From an uncultured delta proteobacterium (lineage in GTDB: Bacteria; Desulfobacterota; Desulfobacteria; Desulfobacterales; Desulfosalsimonadaceae), in the NCBI GenBank assembly GCA_963826785.1, contig CAWGYD010000006.1, positions 1 to 64,000 of the forward strand: DNA of 64,000 bases, given 5' to 3'. Shown here one piece after another: positions 10,962-20,575 of this stretch. The translations under genes were made by a program, and so were the position numbers. Every line of letters starts with the position of its first letter. Position 1 is the first letter of the stretch. The notes beneath the pieces are model-generated. The model saw nothing but the letters and a program-made list of their open reading frames with translations. It was not told the origin of the DNA and ran no database searches.

Positions 10962-12096
10962 ATGAACTACGACTTCACCGAACAGGAATTCACCTTCTTC
11001 ATAAAGCTCCATGAACTGGTCACCCCCTATGCGGATGAAAAGGCCGCCGCCTTAAACGATCCGGACCAGAGCCGGGCATACCTGGACCCGGTCCTCTCGC
11101 TGCTGGCCCTCACCCCCTATCTGAAACTGGGAATCGAACCGGTGGCGGGCACAAACGGCCTGATTACCCTCATGGGCGCAATGGAAGTGGTGGCCGCCAT
11201 CTCCCCCTCCCTGGCCCTGTCCGTGGGGCAGAGCACCCACGTGTTCGGCCGGATCATCTCCTCCTGGGGAAACGATGCCCAAAAGGAAAAATGGCTGGCC
11301 CCTCTGCTTTCCGGAAAACTGCTGGGGGCAGTGGCCTTATCCGAGGACAGCCTCAATATCGACAACGCCCCCCTGGAAACTCTCGGGGTAAAAGACGGGA
11401 ATTTCGTCACGGTCAACGGCCGAAAGCAGTATGTGATCAACGCCCCCATCGCCGACTGGATTGCGGTGGCCGGAAATTATGAACGATCACCCGGTGATCT
11501 TCATGATCGAAAAGAACACGCCGGGCCTGACCGTGGGAGCGCGCAAGCACACCGTGGGCTATGACGGCGCACTCATTGCCGACATCGAGCTGGACAGCTG
11601 CCAGATCCCGGCGGACCAGGTGATTTCTGCCGGCAGCACCGATCTGCCGGCCCGGATCCGGATGTTCGAAAACCAGGTGCTCACGGGTATCAGCCTGGGA
11701 CTGATGAAAAGCGCGTTCGAAACCGCCAAAACCTATGCCAAGACCCACAAGAGCGGCAAAAAGCCCATCATTGCCTACCAGGAGATCGGTTTCAAGCTTT
11801 CAGAGATGCTGACCCTCTTCCAGACATCCCAGCTGTTTGCCTTCCGGTCGGCCTGGACGGTCCAAGCCAATCCCCGGGAAGCCGAATCCCTGACGCAATG
11901 CGCCAAGGTGTTCTGCACGGAATCATCCGAAACCGTGACCGGCGAAGCACTACGAATTCTCGGCGGCGCCGGGTACCTGGCCGGAAACGACGTGGAGCGG
12001 GCCTACCGCTGCGCCAAGTACGGCCAGATCGCCGGCACCTCCACGGAAATCGCCAGGGTCAAGATCGGCGACAATGCCCTGGGGCTCCGCAATTAG
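10962..12096 (+). CDS. Degenerate acyl-CoA dehydrogenase (putative non-catalytic beta subunit), frameshift near 11475
   Basis: Two ORFs joined by a 1-nt indel; VNGRKQYVINAP and ILGGAGY present, but TEPxAGSD is replaced by LSEDSLNID. Confidence 0.85.
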
Positions 12097-12110
12097 GAGA
12101 AAGGAGCAAT

Positions 12111-12782
12111 ATGCCCGGAAAGAAAGAAAACAATACGGAGAAGCTGTCCAAATCGGCGCTCCGGCGCCAGCGGGAGCGGGAGCACCGGTACCAGACCATC
12201 CTGGCGGCCGCGGAGAAGCTGTTTGCCCGGGAAGGCTACACCAAGGCCAGTATGGAGCAGATCGCCGATGCGGCCGAAGTGTCGGTGGGAGCGGTCTACT
12301 TTTATTTCAAGAACAAGGAGGACCTGCTGGTCCATTTGATGGACGAAATCGGCTACCTGCTCAGGAGCATCCTGGGCAAGGCCTTCAAAGCGCAGGGATC
12401 CACCAAGGAAGCTTTCAAACGCGCGGGGTATGCCTTTTTCGAGGATTTCTGCGTCAATTACCCGGAAAAGTGCGCCATCCTTTTCCGGGAATCGGTGGGC
12501 AAGAGCTCCGAAGTGGAGCAGCACCGAAAGGCCCTGTTCGACAAGTGCACGAACGACGTGCTCACCGCCCTGACCACGGTCTGTGAAAAGCAGGGACTGG
12601 TCTACACCGGCAAATTTTCCGCAGAAGTGGTCGCAGTCTCCATCATGGGCATCTACGAGCGGGTCGCCTACCAGTACATCATGTGGCAGAACCGGGCCGA
12701 GGACCTGAAAAACATCGGCCGGGATGCGGTAGAGTTCATCCTGGGCGGCGTCGACAACCTTTTCGAAGAATCTTCATCGTAA
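12111..12782 (+). CDS. TetR/AcrR family transcriptional regulator
   Basis: ILAAAEKLFAREGYTKASMEQIADAAEVSVGAVYFYFKNKEDL; RBS AAGGAG before ATG 12111. Confidence 0.93.
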   Translation: MPGKKENNTEKLSKSALRRQREREHRYQTILAAAEKLFAREGYTKASMEQIADAAEVSVGAVYFYFKNKEDLLVHLMDEIGYLLRSILGKAFKAQGSTKEAFKRAGYAFFEDFCVNYPEKCAILFRESVGKSSEVEQHRKALFDKCTNDVLTALTTVCEKQGLVYTGKFSAEVVAVSIMGIYERVAYQYIMWQNRAEDLKNIGRDAVEFILGGVDNLFEESSS

Positions 12783-12785
12783 ATC

Positions 12786-13367
12786 ATGCTGTTAAAAGGG
12801 GCACTTCACGTACACACCACCTGCTCGGACGGAGAATTGAGCGTCGAAGAGGTGGTGAAAATCTACACAGCGCTGGGATTTGATTTCATCGCACTGACGG
12901 ATCACGACTATCTGCTCCGGCCCAACTGCTATGATGTCATCAAAACGATTCAAACCGACATGATCATCTTCAAGGGGCTGGAACTCACGGTGTTTGAAAA
13001 AGGATACGTCCATGTCAACCGGATCAAGGGGGACAAGGAGCGGCTGCACATCTTCAATCACCCGTCGGAACTCGACCTCCCCATGGAGAAAGTGATCGAT
13101 CGCATCACCTCGGTGGCCAAACGGTTTCCCATCGACGCGGTGGAGGTCACCTCCAAGGGCTTTCGGACCCCCGAATACGAAACCGGGGAAATTCCGTTTT
13201 CCAAGGTGGCCACCGACGACTCCCACACCCGCTTGGGGTGTGGCCGGGCCTGGATCGAAATGGACTGCAAGCGGAACAAGGACAGCATCATCCGGGCCAT
13301 CCGGCGCGGCGACTTCTGGAACTGCTACACGGAGGGGCATCACCAATTTACGCAGAATGGGCGATAA
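12786..13367 (+). CDS. PHP-domain metal-dependent phosphoesterase
   Basis: LHVHTTCSDG, ALTDHD, NHP and TDDSH motifs. Confidence 0.85.
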   Translation: MLLKGALHVHTTCSDGELSVEEVVKIYTALGFDFIALTDHDYLLRPNCYDVIKTIQTDMIIFKGLELTVFEKGYVHVNRIKGDKERLHIFNHPSELDLPMEKVIDRITSVAKRFPIDAVEVTSKGFRTPEYETGEIPFSKVATDDSHTRLGCGRAWIEMDCKRNKDSIIRAIRRGDFWNCYTEGHHQFTQNGR

Positions 13368-13398
13368 ATTGTGAAAATAACCTTTCGCCAGTGCCGAA

Positions 13399-13592
13399 AC
13401 ACCCCCCTACCCCCCTCGAGGGGGGAATAAAAAGGGGATGTACCCTCAGGGGGGAATAAAAAGGGGATGTACCCTCAAGGGGGGAATCAAAGGGGATGTT
13501 CCCTCGAGGGGGGAATTTTCCATGGGATATAAAGCCGAATCCCCCCTTGAGGGGGGTTGGGGGGTGTCCCATTGAGGGGAGTTGGGGGGTGT
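13399..13592. repeat. Type A palindromic element with internal tandem hairpins
   Basis: ACACCCCCC ... GGGGGGTGT ends; repeated CCCTC(G/A)AGGGGGGAATAAAAAGGGGATGT units of about 29-30 bp. Confidence 0.8.
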
Positions 13593-13712
13593 CCTCAGCG
13601 GTTTTTGCGAGAGCCATAAACAGGAGCATAAGTAAGAAGAACAGCTGAGTGCCGGGAAATCTATCCTTCAGCCTTCAGCCTAAATACCGACCAATTCAAG
13701 GAGGGGCACGAC

Positions 13713-14870
13713 ATGGCAAGAAAAGTTGCAATTTGTGCGGTTGCGCAGACGACATACGAGCGCAGCAAGTGGGACCAGCGGTTCCAGGGCATGGCCCTGG
13801 AGGTTTTGGAAAAGCTAAGAGAGCAGGTGGAGGTCACATTTTCCCGCCACCGTCCCGAAGTGCAGGGAATCGACATGTCCATCAACGTCTCCGATGACAT
13901 ATTCGACGCCCGCACCATTTCAGACAATGCCATGACCGACGTGCTGGGCGCCCATTTCGGATGCGAGGAAAAAGTGGCCCAGGAAGGCATCCAGGCGGTT
14001 TACTACGGACTGGCCGCCATCGCCTCGGGGCACAACGACATGGTCCTGATCATCGGCCATTGCAAGGAATCCCAGGGCAAAAGCCGCAACATGGTCACCC
14101 ATGTGGCTTTCGACCCCTTCTACACCCGGCCGGTGGGGCTCGACTTCTGCGCGGCCGCCGGCCTCCAGGCCCAGGCCTATGCGCAAAAATCGGGTATTTC
14201 CGATGCACAGCTGGCCAGGGTGGTGGTGGAAGCCCGGAAAAACGGCGGCAAAAATCCCTATATTACCGGCCTCGATCCGGTCACCGCCGATCAAGTCATG
14301 AAATCCGACCTGCTGGCCGATCCCATCCGGCAGCTCCACGCCTACCCGGTCTCCGACGGTGCGGTGGGCCTGGTGCTGGCATCCGAGGAAATCGCCCGCA
14401 AGATCACCGACAAACCCGTCTGGATCACCGGCACGGGCAACTGCATGGACAGCTTCTTTCTGGGCGACCGGGATCTGGCCGGAAACTTCGCCCTGAAAAA
14501 AGCGGCCGAACGCGCCTGCAAGCGCGCCGGCGTCAGCGACCCCAATTCCTTCGACGTGGTGGAACTCTCCGATCAGTACGCCTACCAGCTTCCCCTGTGG
14601 GCCGAGGGCCTTGGCCTGTGCGGCGAAGGGGAAGGCGCCAGGTGGATCGAAGCCGACGGCCCGGCCCGGCAGCACGTGAATCCTTCCGGCGGCATGCTTT
14701 GCGGCAACCCCCTGATCCTGGGCGGGCTGGTCCGCACGGCAGAGGCCGCGCTTCAGCTCCGGGGCGAGGCGGGCGAGCGGCAGGTGGACGGCGCGAAAAC
14801 CGCCCTGGCCCACGGGGTCATGGGACCGGCCGGACAGTTTCATTCCATCATTACACTGCAACGGGATTAG
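13713..14870 (+). CDS. Thiolase-fold protein, Ltp4-like (no catalytic Cys), module 1
   Basis: SDDIFDARTISD...EEKVAQEG...GHCKES resembles actinobacterial Ltp4; PVSDGA and VNPSGG present. Confidence 0.8.
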   Translation: MARKVAICAVAQTTYERSKWDQRFQGMALEVLEKLREQVEVTFSRHRPEVQGIDMSINVSDDIFDARTISDNAMTDVLGAHFGCEEKVAQEGIQAVYYGLAAIASGHNDMVLIIGHCKESQGKSRNMVTHVAFDPFYTRPVGLDFCAAAGLQAQAYAQKSGISDAQLARVVVEARKNGGKNPYITGLDPVTADQVMKSDLLADPIRQLHAYPVSDGAVGLVLASEEIARKITDKPVWITGTGNCMDSFFLGDRDLAGNFALKKAAERACKRAGVSDPNSFDVVELSDQYAYQLPLWAEGLGLCGEGEGARWIEADGPARQHVNPSGGMLCGNPLILGGLVRTAEAALQLRGEAGERQVDGAKTALAHGVMGPAGQFHSIITLQRD

Positions 14871-14881
14871 GAGGGCGATCC

Positions 14882-16078
14882 ATGAAGAAGAATCGAAACG
14901 TCGGCATCATCGGCGTCGGACAGTCGGTATTTTCGAGTCACCGGGAGGATGTGAACCAGCCTGAATTGATCCACGAGGCCGTGGCCGAAGCCCTGGCCCA
15001 TGCGGGCATGACCATGGATGATGTGGACTGCGTAGTCCACGGCAACATGGAACTGTTTGAAATGGTTCACCAGCCGGACTTGTGGCACACCCTGGGGACC
15101 GGGGCCTTCGGCAAGGAAACCCTGCGGGTGACCACCGGCGGCACCACCGGCGCCACGCTGTGCTGCACGGCCGACAACCTGGTGGCCTCGGGCCTGCACG
15201 ATGTGGTGCTGGCCATCGGGTTTGAAAAGCTCCAGGAGGGGCACACCACCGGCGGCATCACCAACATGGCCGACCCCCTGTGGGCCAGGCAGCTCCAGAC
15301 CGGGGCGCTCACCGGCATGACCGCCGCCGATGTCATCGAAGAGTTCGGCGAGGAGCGGGCCAAGAAGGCTTCCATGAAATACCGCATCCTCATGGACAAG
15401 CACGCCATGAAAAACCCCAAGGCCCATCGCCGCCTGGGGCTGGAATTCGACCAGGCCGATGACCTGATGGTCAACTCCCCGGCCCTGGTGGGGGAACTGC
15501 GCATGATCCACATGTGCTCACAAAGTGACGGCGCCTGCGCCATGATCTTTGCTTCTGAAGAAAAGGCAAAACAGTTCCGCAAGAACCCGGCCTGGATCAA
15601 GGACCATATCACCGTGCACCGGGAAGAAAGCTTCTGCGCCTTCGGGGACGCCCCGGTGCTCATGAGCCACCGGTATGCCGCGGAAAAGCTGTTTGCCCGA
15701 AACGGCATCAAGGATCCCCGCAAGGAGATCGACGTATTTGAGATGTATGATCCTTCCTCCTGGTGGGGGCTGGACTGGATGCGGGAATTTCTGCTCCTGG
15801 AAGGCGACGAGCACCTGCGGATGGTGGAAAACGACGCCATCACCCTGACCGGTGATTTTCCCATCAACCCGTCGGGGGGCGTGACCGCCTCCAACCCCAT
15901 CGGCGCCACCGCCATGGTCCGGGTGGCCGAGGCGGCCCTGCAGATCATGGAAGATGCCGGCGAGCACCAGGTGGCCCGGAAAGTCAACCAGGCCCTGGCA
16001 TCCGGATTCGGCGGCACCCTCTGGACGGTTTTGTTCCTGCTCACCCGGGACGTCCCCTGGCAGACCGAAGCGAAGTAG
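14882..16078 (+). CDS. Thiolase-fold protein, Ltp3-like retro-aldolase candidate, module 1
   Basis: RVTTGGTTG at the nucleophilic Cys position, FEKLQE, EMYDP (Tyr at the His/Asn site), INPSGG...NPIGATA; true start ATG 14882. Confidence 0.82.
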   Translation: MKKNRNVGIIGVGQSVFSSHREDVNQPELIHEAVAEALAHAGMTMDDVDCVVHGNMELFEMVHQPDLWHTLGTGAFGKETLRVTTGGTTGATLCCTADNLVASGLHDVVLAIGFEKLQEGHTTGGITNMADPLWARQLQTGALTGMTAADVIEEFGEERAKKASMKYRILMDKHAMKNPKAHRRLGLEFDQADDLMVNSPALVGELRMIHMCSQSDGACAMIFASEEKAKQFRKNPAWIKDHITVHREESFCAFGDAPVLMSHRYAAEKLFARNGIKDPRKEIDVFEMYDPSSWWGLDWMREFLLLEGDEHLRMVENDAITLTGDFPINPSGGVTASNPIGATAMVRVAEAALQIMEDAGEHQVARKVNQALASGFGGTLWTVLFLLTRDVPWQTEAK

Positions 16079-16119
16079 TTGGCAATGATAATGAGAGCCC
16101 TTGCAATCTGCCAGGCAGC

Positions 16120-16341
16120 AACACCCCCCTTTAATTCCCCCCTCAAGGGGGGATTCGAGGAGTGTTCCCCCTCGAGGGTCGGTTCGATGATTGTTCTCCC
16201 CTCGAGGGTCGGTTCGATGATTGTTCTCCCCTCAAGGGGGGACTCGGCAACGACCCTCCAGCAAGGGGAATTCGATTGGTTTCCCTCTGCAAAGGGGATT
16301 GTGTATTTATTCCCCCCTCGAGGGGGGATTAGGGGGGTGTT
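16120..16341. repeat. Type A palindromic element with about 7 tandem hairpins
   Basis: AACACCCCCCT ... AGGGGGGTGTT terminal inverted repeat; CCCCTCGAGGG-type hairpins at about 30-bp period. Confidence 0.8.
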
Positions 16342-16407
16342 CGGCGATTCGAACAGCCATTGGAATTTCAACGGGCCAAACTGATATTTTAAAGAAGGAG
16401 ACCGATC

Positions 16408-19400
16408 ATGGCGCATAATCTTGGTCAATATATCGATGACGCGATAGCGAAATTTGCGGACAAGCCCTACATCAATTTCTATGACACCGTCTACACCTAT
16501 ACGGAACTTGCCCAGAAGATCCACACCCTGGCAAACGCCCTGACGAAACAAGGTTTTAAAAAAGGCGACTTCATCCACGTCTGGGTCCAGAACAGCCCGG
16601 AAACCCTGATCGCCTATTACGCCATCATCAAGATCGGGGCAGTGGCCGGACCCATCAACGGCTGGTGGAAAGGGTCGGAAGTCCAGTACCTGTTAAACGA
16701 CTCCCAGGGGTCGGGGCTCATCGTGGAAGACCAGTACCTGTCGATTTTCGATGAAATCAAGGGCAATTGCCCGCATCTCAAAACCGTCATTGAAATCGGA
16801 AAAACACCGCGGCCCGAGCACGTCTCCTTTGACAGCCTGATGGCCCAGGGGGATGACACGCCGGTGGTCTGCGACGCCGATGCCGAAGACACCGCCTTTA
16901 TCTTCTACACCTCGGGCACCACGGGAAACCCCAAGGGCGTGCTCCTGTCCCACAAGAACGTGGTGGCCGACGCCAACGGCATCAACGCGGCTTTAAATAC
17001 GGCTGAAAATAAAAATTTTCTCTGTTTTCTCCCGCTGTTTCACGTCAACGCCATGCTCACCTGCACCTCCTCCATGGAAAAAGGGCACCAGATCGTTTTG
17101 CGCAAGGCGTTTTCCGCAGGCGAGTTCTGGGAGACGGTGGCCAAATACCGGATCAATTTCTGGTCCGCCGTTCCCGCGGTCTACCAGATCCTGCTGTCCG
17201 ACCCCTCCGCCCAGAAATACGACCTGTCCTCCATCGAGTTCGGCATCTGCGGAGCCGCCCCCTGACCGAGGAGGTGATGAAGAAATTCGAGAACACCTTC
17301 AAGATCCCCATCGTGGAAGGCTACGGCCTCACCGAGGGGACCTGCGTCTCCACCATCAACCCCCGGGAAGGGGTGCGCAAAATCGGTTCCATCGGCATCG
17401 CCCTGCCCGGCCAGGAGATCAAGATCGTCGATGAACAGGGCAACGAAGTGCCCACCGGCGAGCGGGGCGAGATCATCATCAAGGGCGACAACATCATGAA
17501 GGGATACTACAACAAGCCCGAAGAGACCGCAAACACCATCATTGACGGGTACCTGCACACCGGGGACGTGGGGATCAAGGATTCGGACGGCTACATCTTC
17601 ATCGTGGACCGGATCAAGGACATGATCATCCGGGGCGGGGAAAACATCTACCCCAAGGAGATCGACAACCTGCTGGCCACCCATCCCAAAATCTCCGAAG
17701 CCGCCACCGTGGGGGTTCCGGACAAGACCATGGGCGAGGAGGTCAAGGTGTTCGTGGTGGCCGAAGACGACAGCCTCACCGAAGAAGAAGTCATCGAGTT
17801 CTGCAAGAAAAACCTGGCCAAGTTCAAGGTGCCAAAATTTGTGGAGATCCTGGACGAGGATTTTCCCCGAAACCCCGTGGGCAAGGTCCTGAAAAAGACC
17901 TTGCGGCAGTGGGGGATGGACGGCGCGCCCACTAAAAAGAAAGGCCCTGAGGTGACCGTGGCCGACATCTTCGGTACCATGGAAAGCCGGGCCATCCCGG
18001 AAAACTTAAAAGGCATCAAGGCCAATTACGGATACAAGATCACCGGCACCGGCGGCGGCGAGTGGAGCGTGTGCGTGGACGACGGCACCGTCAAAGTGGT
18101 GGAAGGGATCAAGGACCCCAGCGTCACCACCACCGTGGCCGCCAAGGACTGGATCGCCATCACCCTGGGCAAGCTCGACGGCATGACCGCGTTTACCTCC
18201 GGCAAGCTCAAGGTGGAAGGCGACCTGGGGCTGCTCACCAAGGCCACTTCTTTCTTTAAAAAATACACCCCGCCCGCGGCCGCCCCCGAGGTGACCGTGG
18301 CCGACATCTTCGGCACCATGGAAAGCCGGGCCATCCCGGAAAACTTAAAAGGCATCAAGGCCAACTACGGATACAAGATCACCGGCACCGGCGGCGGCGA
18401 GTGGACCGTGTGCGTGGATGACGGCACCGTCAAGGTGGTGGAGGGGATCAAGGATCCCGATGTCACCACCACAGTGGCCGCCAAGGACTGGATTGCCATC
18501 ACACTGGGCAAGCTCGACGGCATGACCGCCTTTACCTCCGGCAAGCTCAAGGTGGAAGGCGATCTGGGGCTGCTCACCAAGGCCACTTCCTTCTTTAAAA
18601 AATACACCCCGCCGGCCCCTGCCGCCGAGGTCACGGTGGCTGACATCTTCGGCACCATGGAAAGCCGGGCCATCGCCGAAAACCTCAAAGGCATCAAGGC
18701 CAACTACGGTTATAAAATCAATGGCACCGGCGGCGGCGAGTGGACCGTTTGCGTGGATAACGGCACTGTCAAGGTGGTGGAGGGGATCAAGGACCCCGAT
18801 GTCACCACCACCGTGGCCGCCAAGGACTGGATTGCCATCACACTGGGCAAGCTCGACGGCATGACCGCGTTTACCTCCGGCAAGCTCAAGGTGGAAGGCG
18901 ACCTGGGGCTGCTCACCAAGGCCACAAAATTCTTCAAGAAATATACCCCGCCGGCAGGTGAAATGGAGGAAAAGGGAGAAGAGCTGATCGTGAAAAAGCA
19001 GGTTCTCTCCATTCCCCAGAAGTTCTCCACCGGCCCCGTGATGGGAAAATTTCTAAACGCTTTCAAGGAGAAAAAAATACTGGCCAACAAATGCCCCTCC
19101 TGCGGCCGGCTCCAGCTTCCTCCCCGGGAAGTCTGCGCCGAATGCGTGGTTGCCGCCGATGAATGGGTGGAAGTGGGACCCGAGGGGGTGATCACCATCA
19201 TGGACATCACCTATTACGCCAGCCCCGACCCCCTGACCGGTGAAAGCAGGGAGACCCCCTATGTGTCCGCCCATTTTCTGCTGGACGGCTGCAAGGGGCA
19301 CGAGACCCTCTGGCACGAACTCAAGCCCGAGGACCGGGACCGGGCCAAAAAGGGCGACCGGGTGCGCCCCGTTTGGGAAGATAACCGGAAGGGCGCCGTT

Positions 19401-19433
19401 ACCGACATCATGTACTTCGAACTCATTGACTGA
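16408..19433 (+). CDS. Fusion of acyl-CoA ligase + 3x SCP2 lipid-binding domain + DUF35 (Zn-ribbon/OB), about 1008 aa, frameshift in C-run 17258-17262
   Basis: YTSGTTGNPKG; adding one C restores CGAAPLTEEVMKK; EGYGLTE; three SCP2 repeats (GKLDGMTAFTSGKLKVEGD); CPSC...CAEC Zn ribbon. Confidence 0.88.
17949..18957 (+). repeat. Three tandem 339-bp intragenic repeats encoding SCP2 domains
   Basis: Units start at 17949, 18288 and 18627; near-identical 113-aa translations. Confidence 0.95.
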
Positions 19434-19479
19434 TCCACTTGACTGATCCAATTGATTGATGCACATAAGGAGACCCATT

Positions 19480-20373
19480 ATGACCGCAAAAGAAGACAGC
19501 TATGTCGTCGATGGAAAACTCGCCCTCCCCTACCAGTACTTTGCCGGGAAAACGGGAAGCCGGTTTCTCATCAGCCTGCGCGATGACAAGAAGATCCGCG
19601 GCTTAAAATGCGAAAAATGCGAAAAGGTGTTCGTCCCGCCCCGGTCCACCTGCGAGCTGTGCGGGGAAAACATCGCCGACAACTGGGTGGATGTGAAAAA
19701 CACCGGCATTATCACCGGATACACCGTCATCCGCTACGAGGAGCCGCACCAGCCGGTCAAGCCCCCCTACATCCTGGCCATGATCAAACTCGACGGTGCG
19801 GACACCCCCATCGCCCACATCGTCAAGGGCATCCCATTGACCAAGGTCAAGACCGGCATGAAGGTCCAGGCGGTCTTTGCCAAGAAAACCACCTCCTCCA
19901 TCATGGATATCGACCATTTCCGGCCGTTGGAGGAAAAACCCAAGTTCGAGCTGGGGTATTCCTATGATGAGCTGGAAGTGGGGATGAGCGCCTCGTTTTC
20001 CAAGACCATCTCCGAAACCGACGTCTACCTGTTTGCCGGCATTTCCGGGGACTTCAACCCCATGCACTTAAATGAGGAGTTTGCCAAACTAACCCCGTTT
20101 GGCACCCGCATCGCCCACGGGGCCCTGCCCCAGAGCCTGATCGCGCCGGTGCTGGGAATGAAGCTGCCCGGCCTGGGGACGGTGATCCCGGAACTGACCG
20201 TGCGCTTTCGCAAACCCACCTATTTCGGCGACACCATCACCGCCATTGGCGAGGTGGTGGAAAAGATCGAAAAGCGCCGATGGGTCCGCATGGACCTGCG
20301 CTGGCTCAACCAGAACGGCGAACTGGTGGCCGAGGGGAGTTGCCTGGCCATTCCGCCGACACCGATGCAATAA
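19480..20373 (+). CDS. Fusion of DUF35 (Zn-ribbon/OB) + MaoC-type (R)-enoyl-CoA hydratase
   Basis: CEKC...CELC Zn ribbon; hot-dog hydratase motif FAGISGDFNPMHLNEEFA...RIAHG. Confidence 0.88.
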   Translation: MTAKEDSYVVDGKLALPYQYFAGKTGSRFLISLRDDKKIRGLKCEKCEKVFVPPRSTCELCGENIADNWVDVKNTGIITGYTVIRYEEPHQPVKPPYILAMIKLDGADTPIAHIVKGIPLTKVKTGMKVQAVFAKKTTSSIMDIDHFRPLEEKPKFELGYSYDELEVGMSASFSKTISETDVYLFAGISGDFNPMHLNEEFAKLTPFGTRIAHGALPQSLIAPVLGMKLPGLGTVIPELTVRFRKPTYFGDTITAIGEVVEKIEKRRWVRMDLRWLNQNGELVAEGSCLAIPPTPMQ

Positions 20374-20387
20374 CAAGCATTCACCCC

Positions 20388-20558
20388 AAAATCCCCCCTA
20401 ACCCCCCTTTGAAAAAGGGGGGAACTTGGTTTGTACTCAACTTTGAAAAAATGGGGAAGAGGGGTTTGAAACCCAAGTAAATGGGTGAATGGGAAGACAA
20501 ATTCGATATGGCACAGCCTGAAGTCCCCCTTTAAAAAAGGGGGATTTAGGGGGATTTT
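20388..20558. repeat. REP-like type B inverted doublet
   Basis: AAAATCCCCCCTAACCCCCCTTTGAAAAAGGGGG ... CCCCCTTTAAAAAAGGGGGATTTAGGGGGATTTT. Confidence 0.8.
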
Positions 20559-20575
20559 AAAAAAGGACAAAAATC

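Noticed and set aside
9774..11012. Long antisense ORFs (also 15067-16578, 24960-26102, 38667-40283, 53743-54930)
   Set aside because: Shadow ORFs of GC-rich codon usage opposite well-supported genes; no motifs.
13961..14881. N-terminal extension of the 705-aa ORF
   Set aside because: It is an off-frame overlap with the upstream gene; an RBS and ATG at 14882 give the real start.
13713..16078. Canonical acetyl-CoA acetyltransferases
   Set aside because: The nucleophilic CxSG and the C-terminal Cys/His thiolase motifs are absent.
16120..16341. CRISPR array (also 13399-13592)
   Set aside because: Linkers are only about 12-14 nt and partly duplicated, repeats are degenerate and bounded by terminal IRs, and there are no cas genes.
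16079..16384. Small ORFs over palindromic elements (also 13348-13629, 35158-35469)
   Set aside because: They are translations of repeat DNA (PPxxPLxGG patterns).
17263..17265. Selenocysteine readthrough of the TGA in the ligase
   Set aside because: The downstream ORF is in a different frame, and one added C restores the conserved GAAPL motif.
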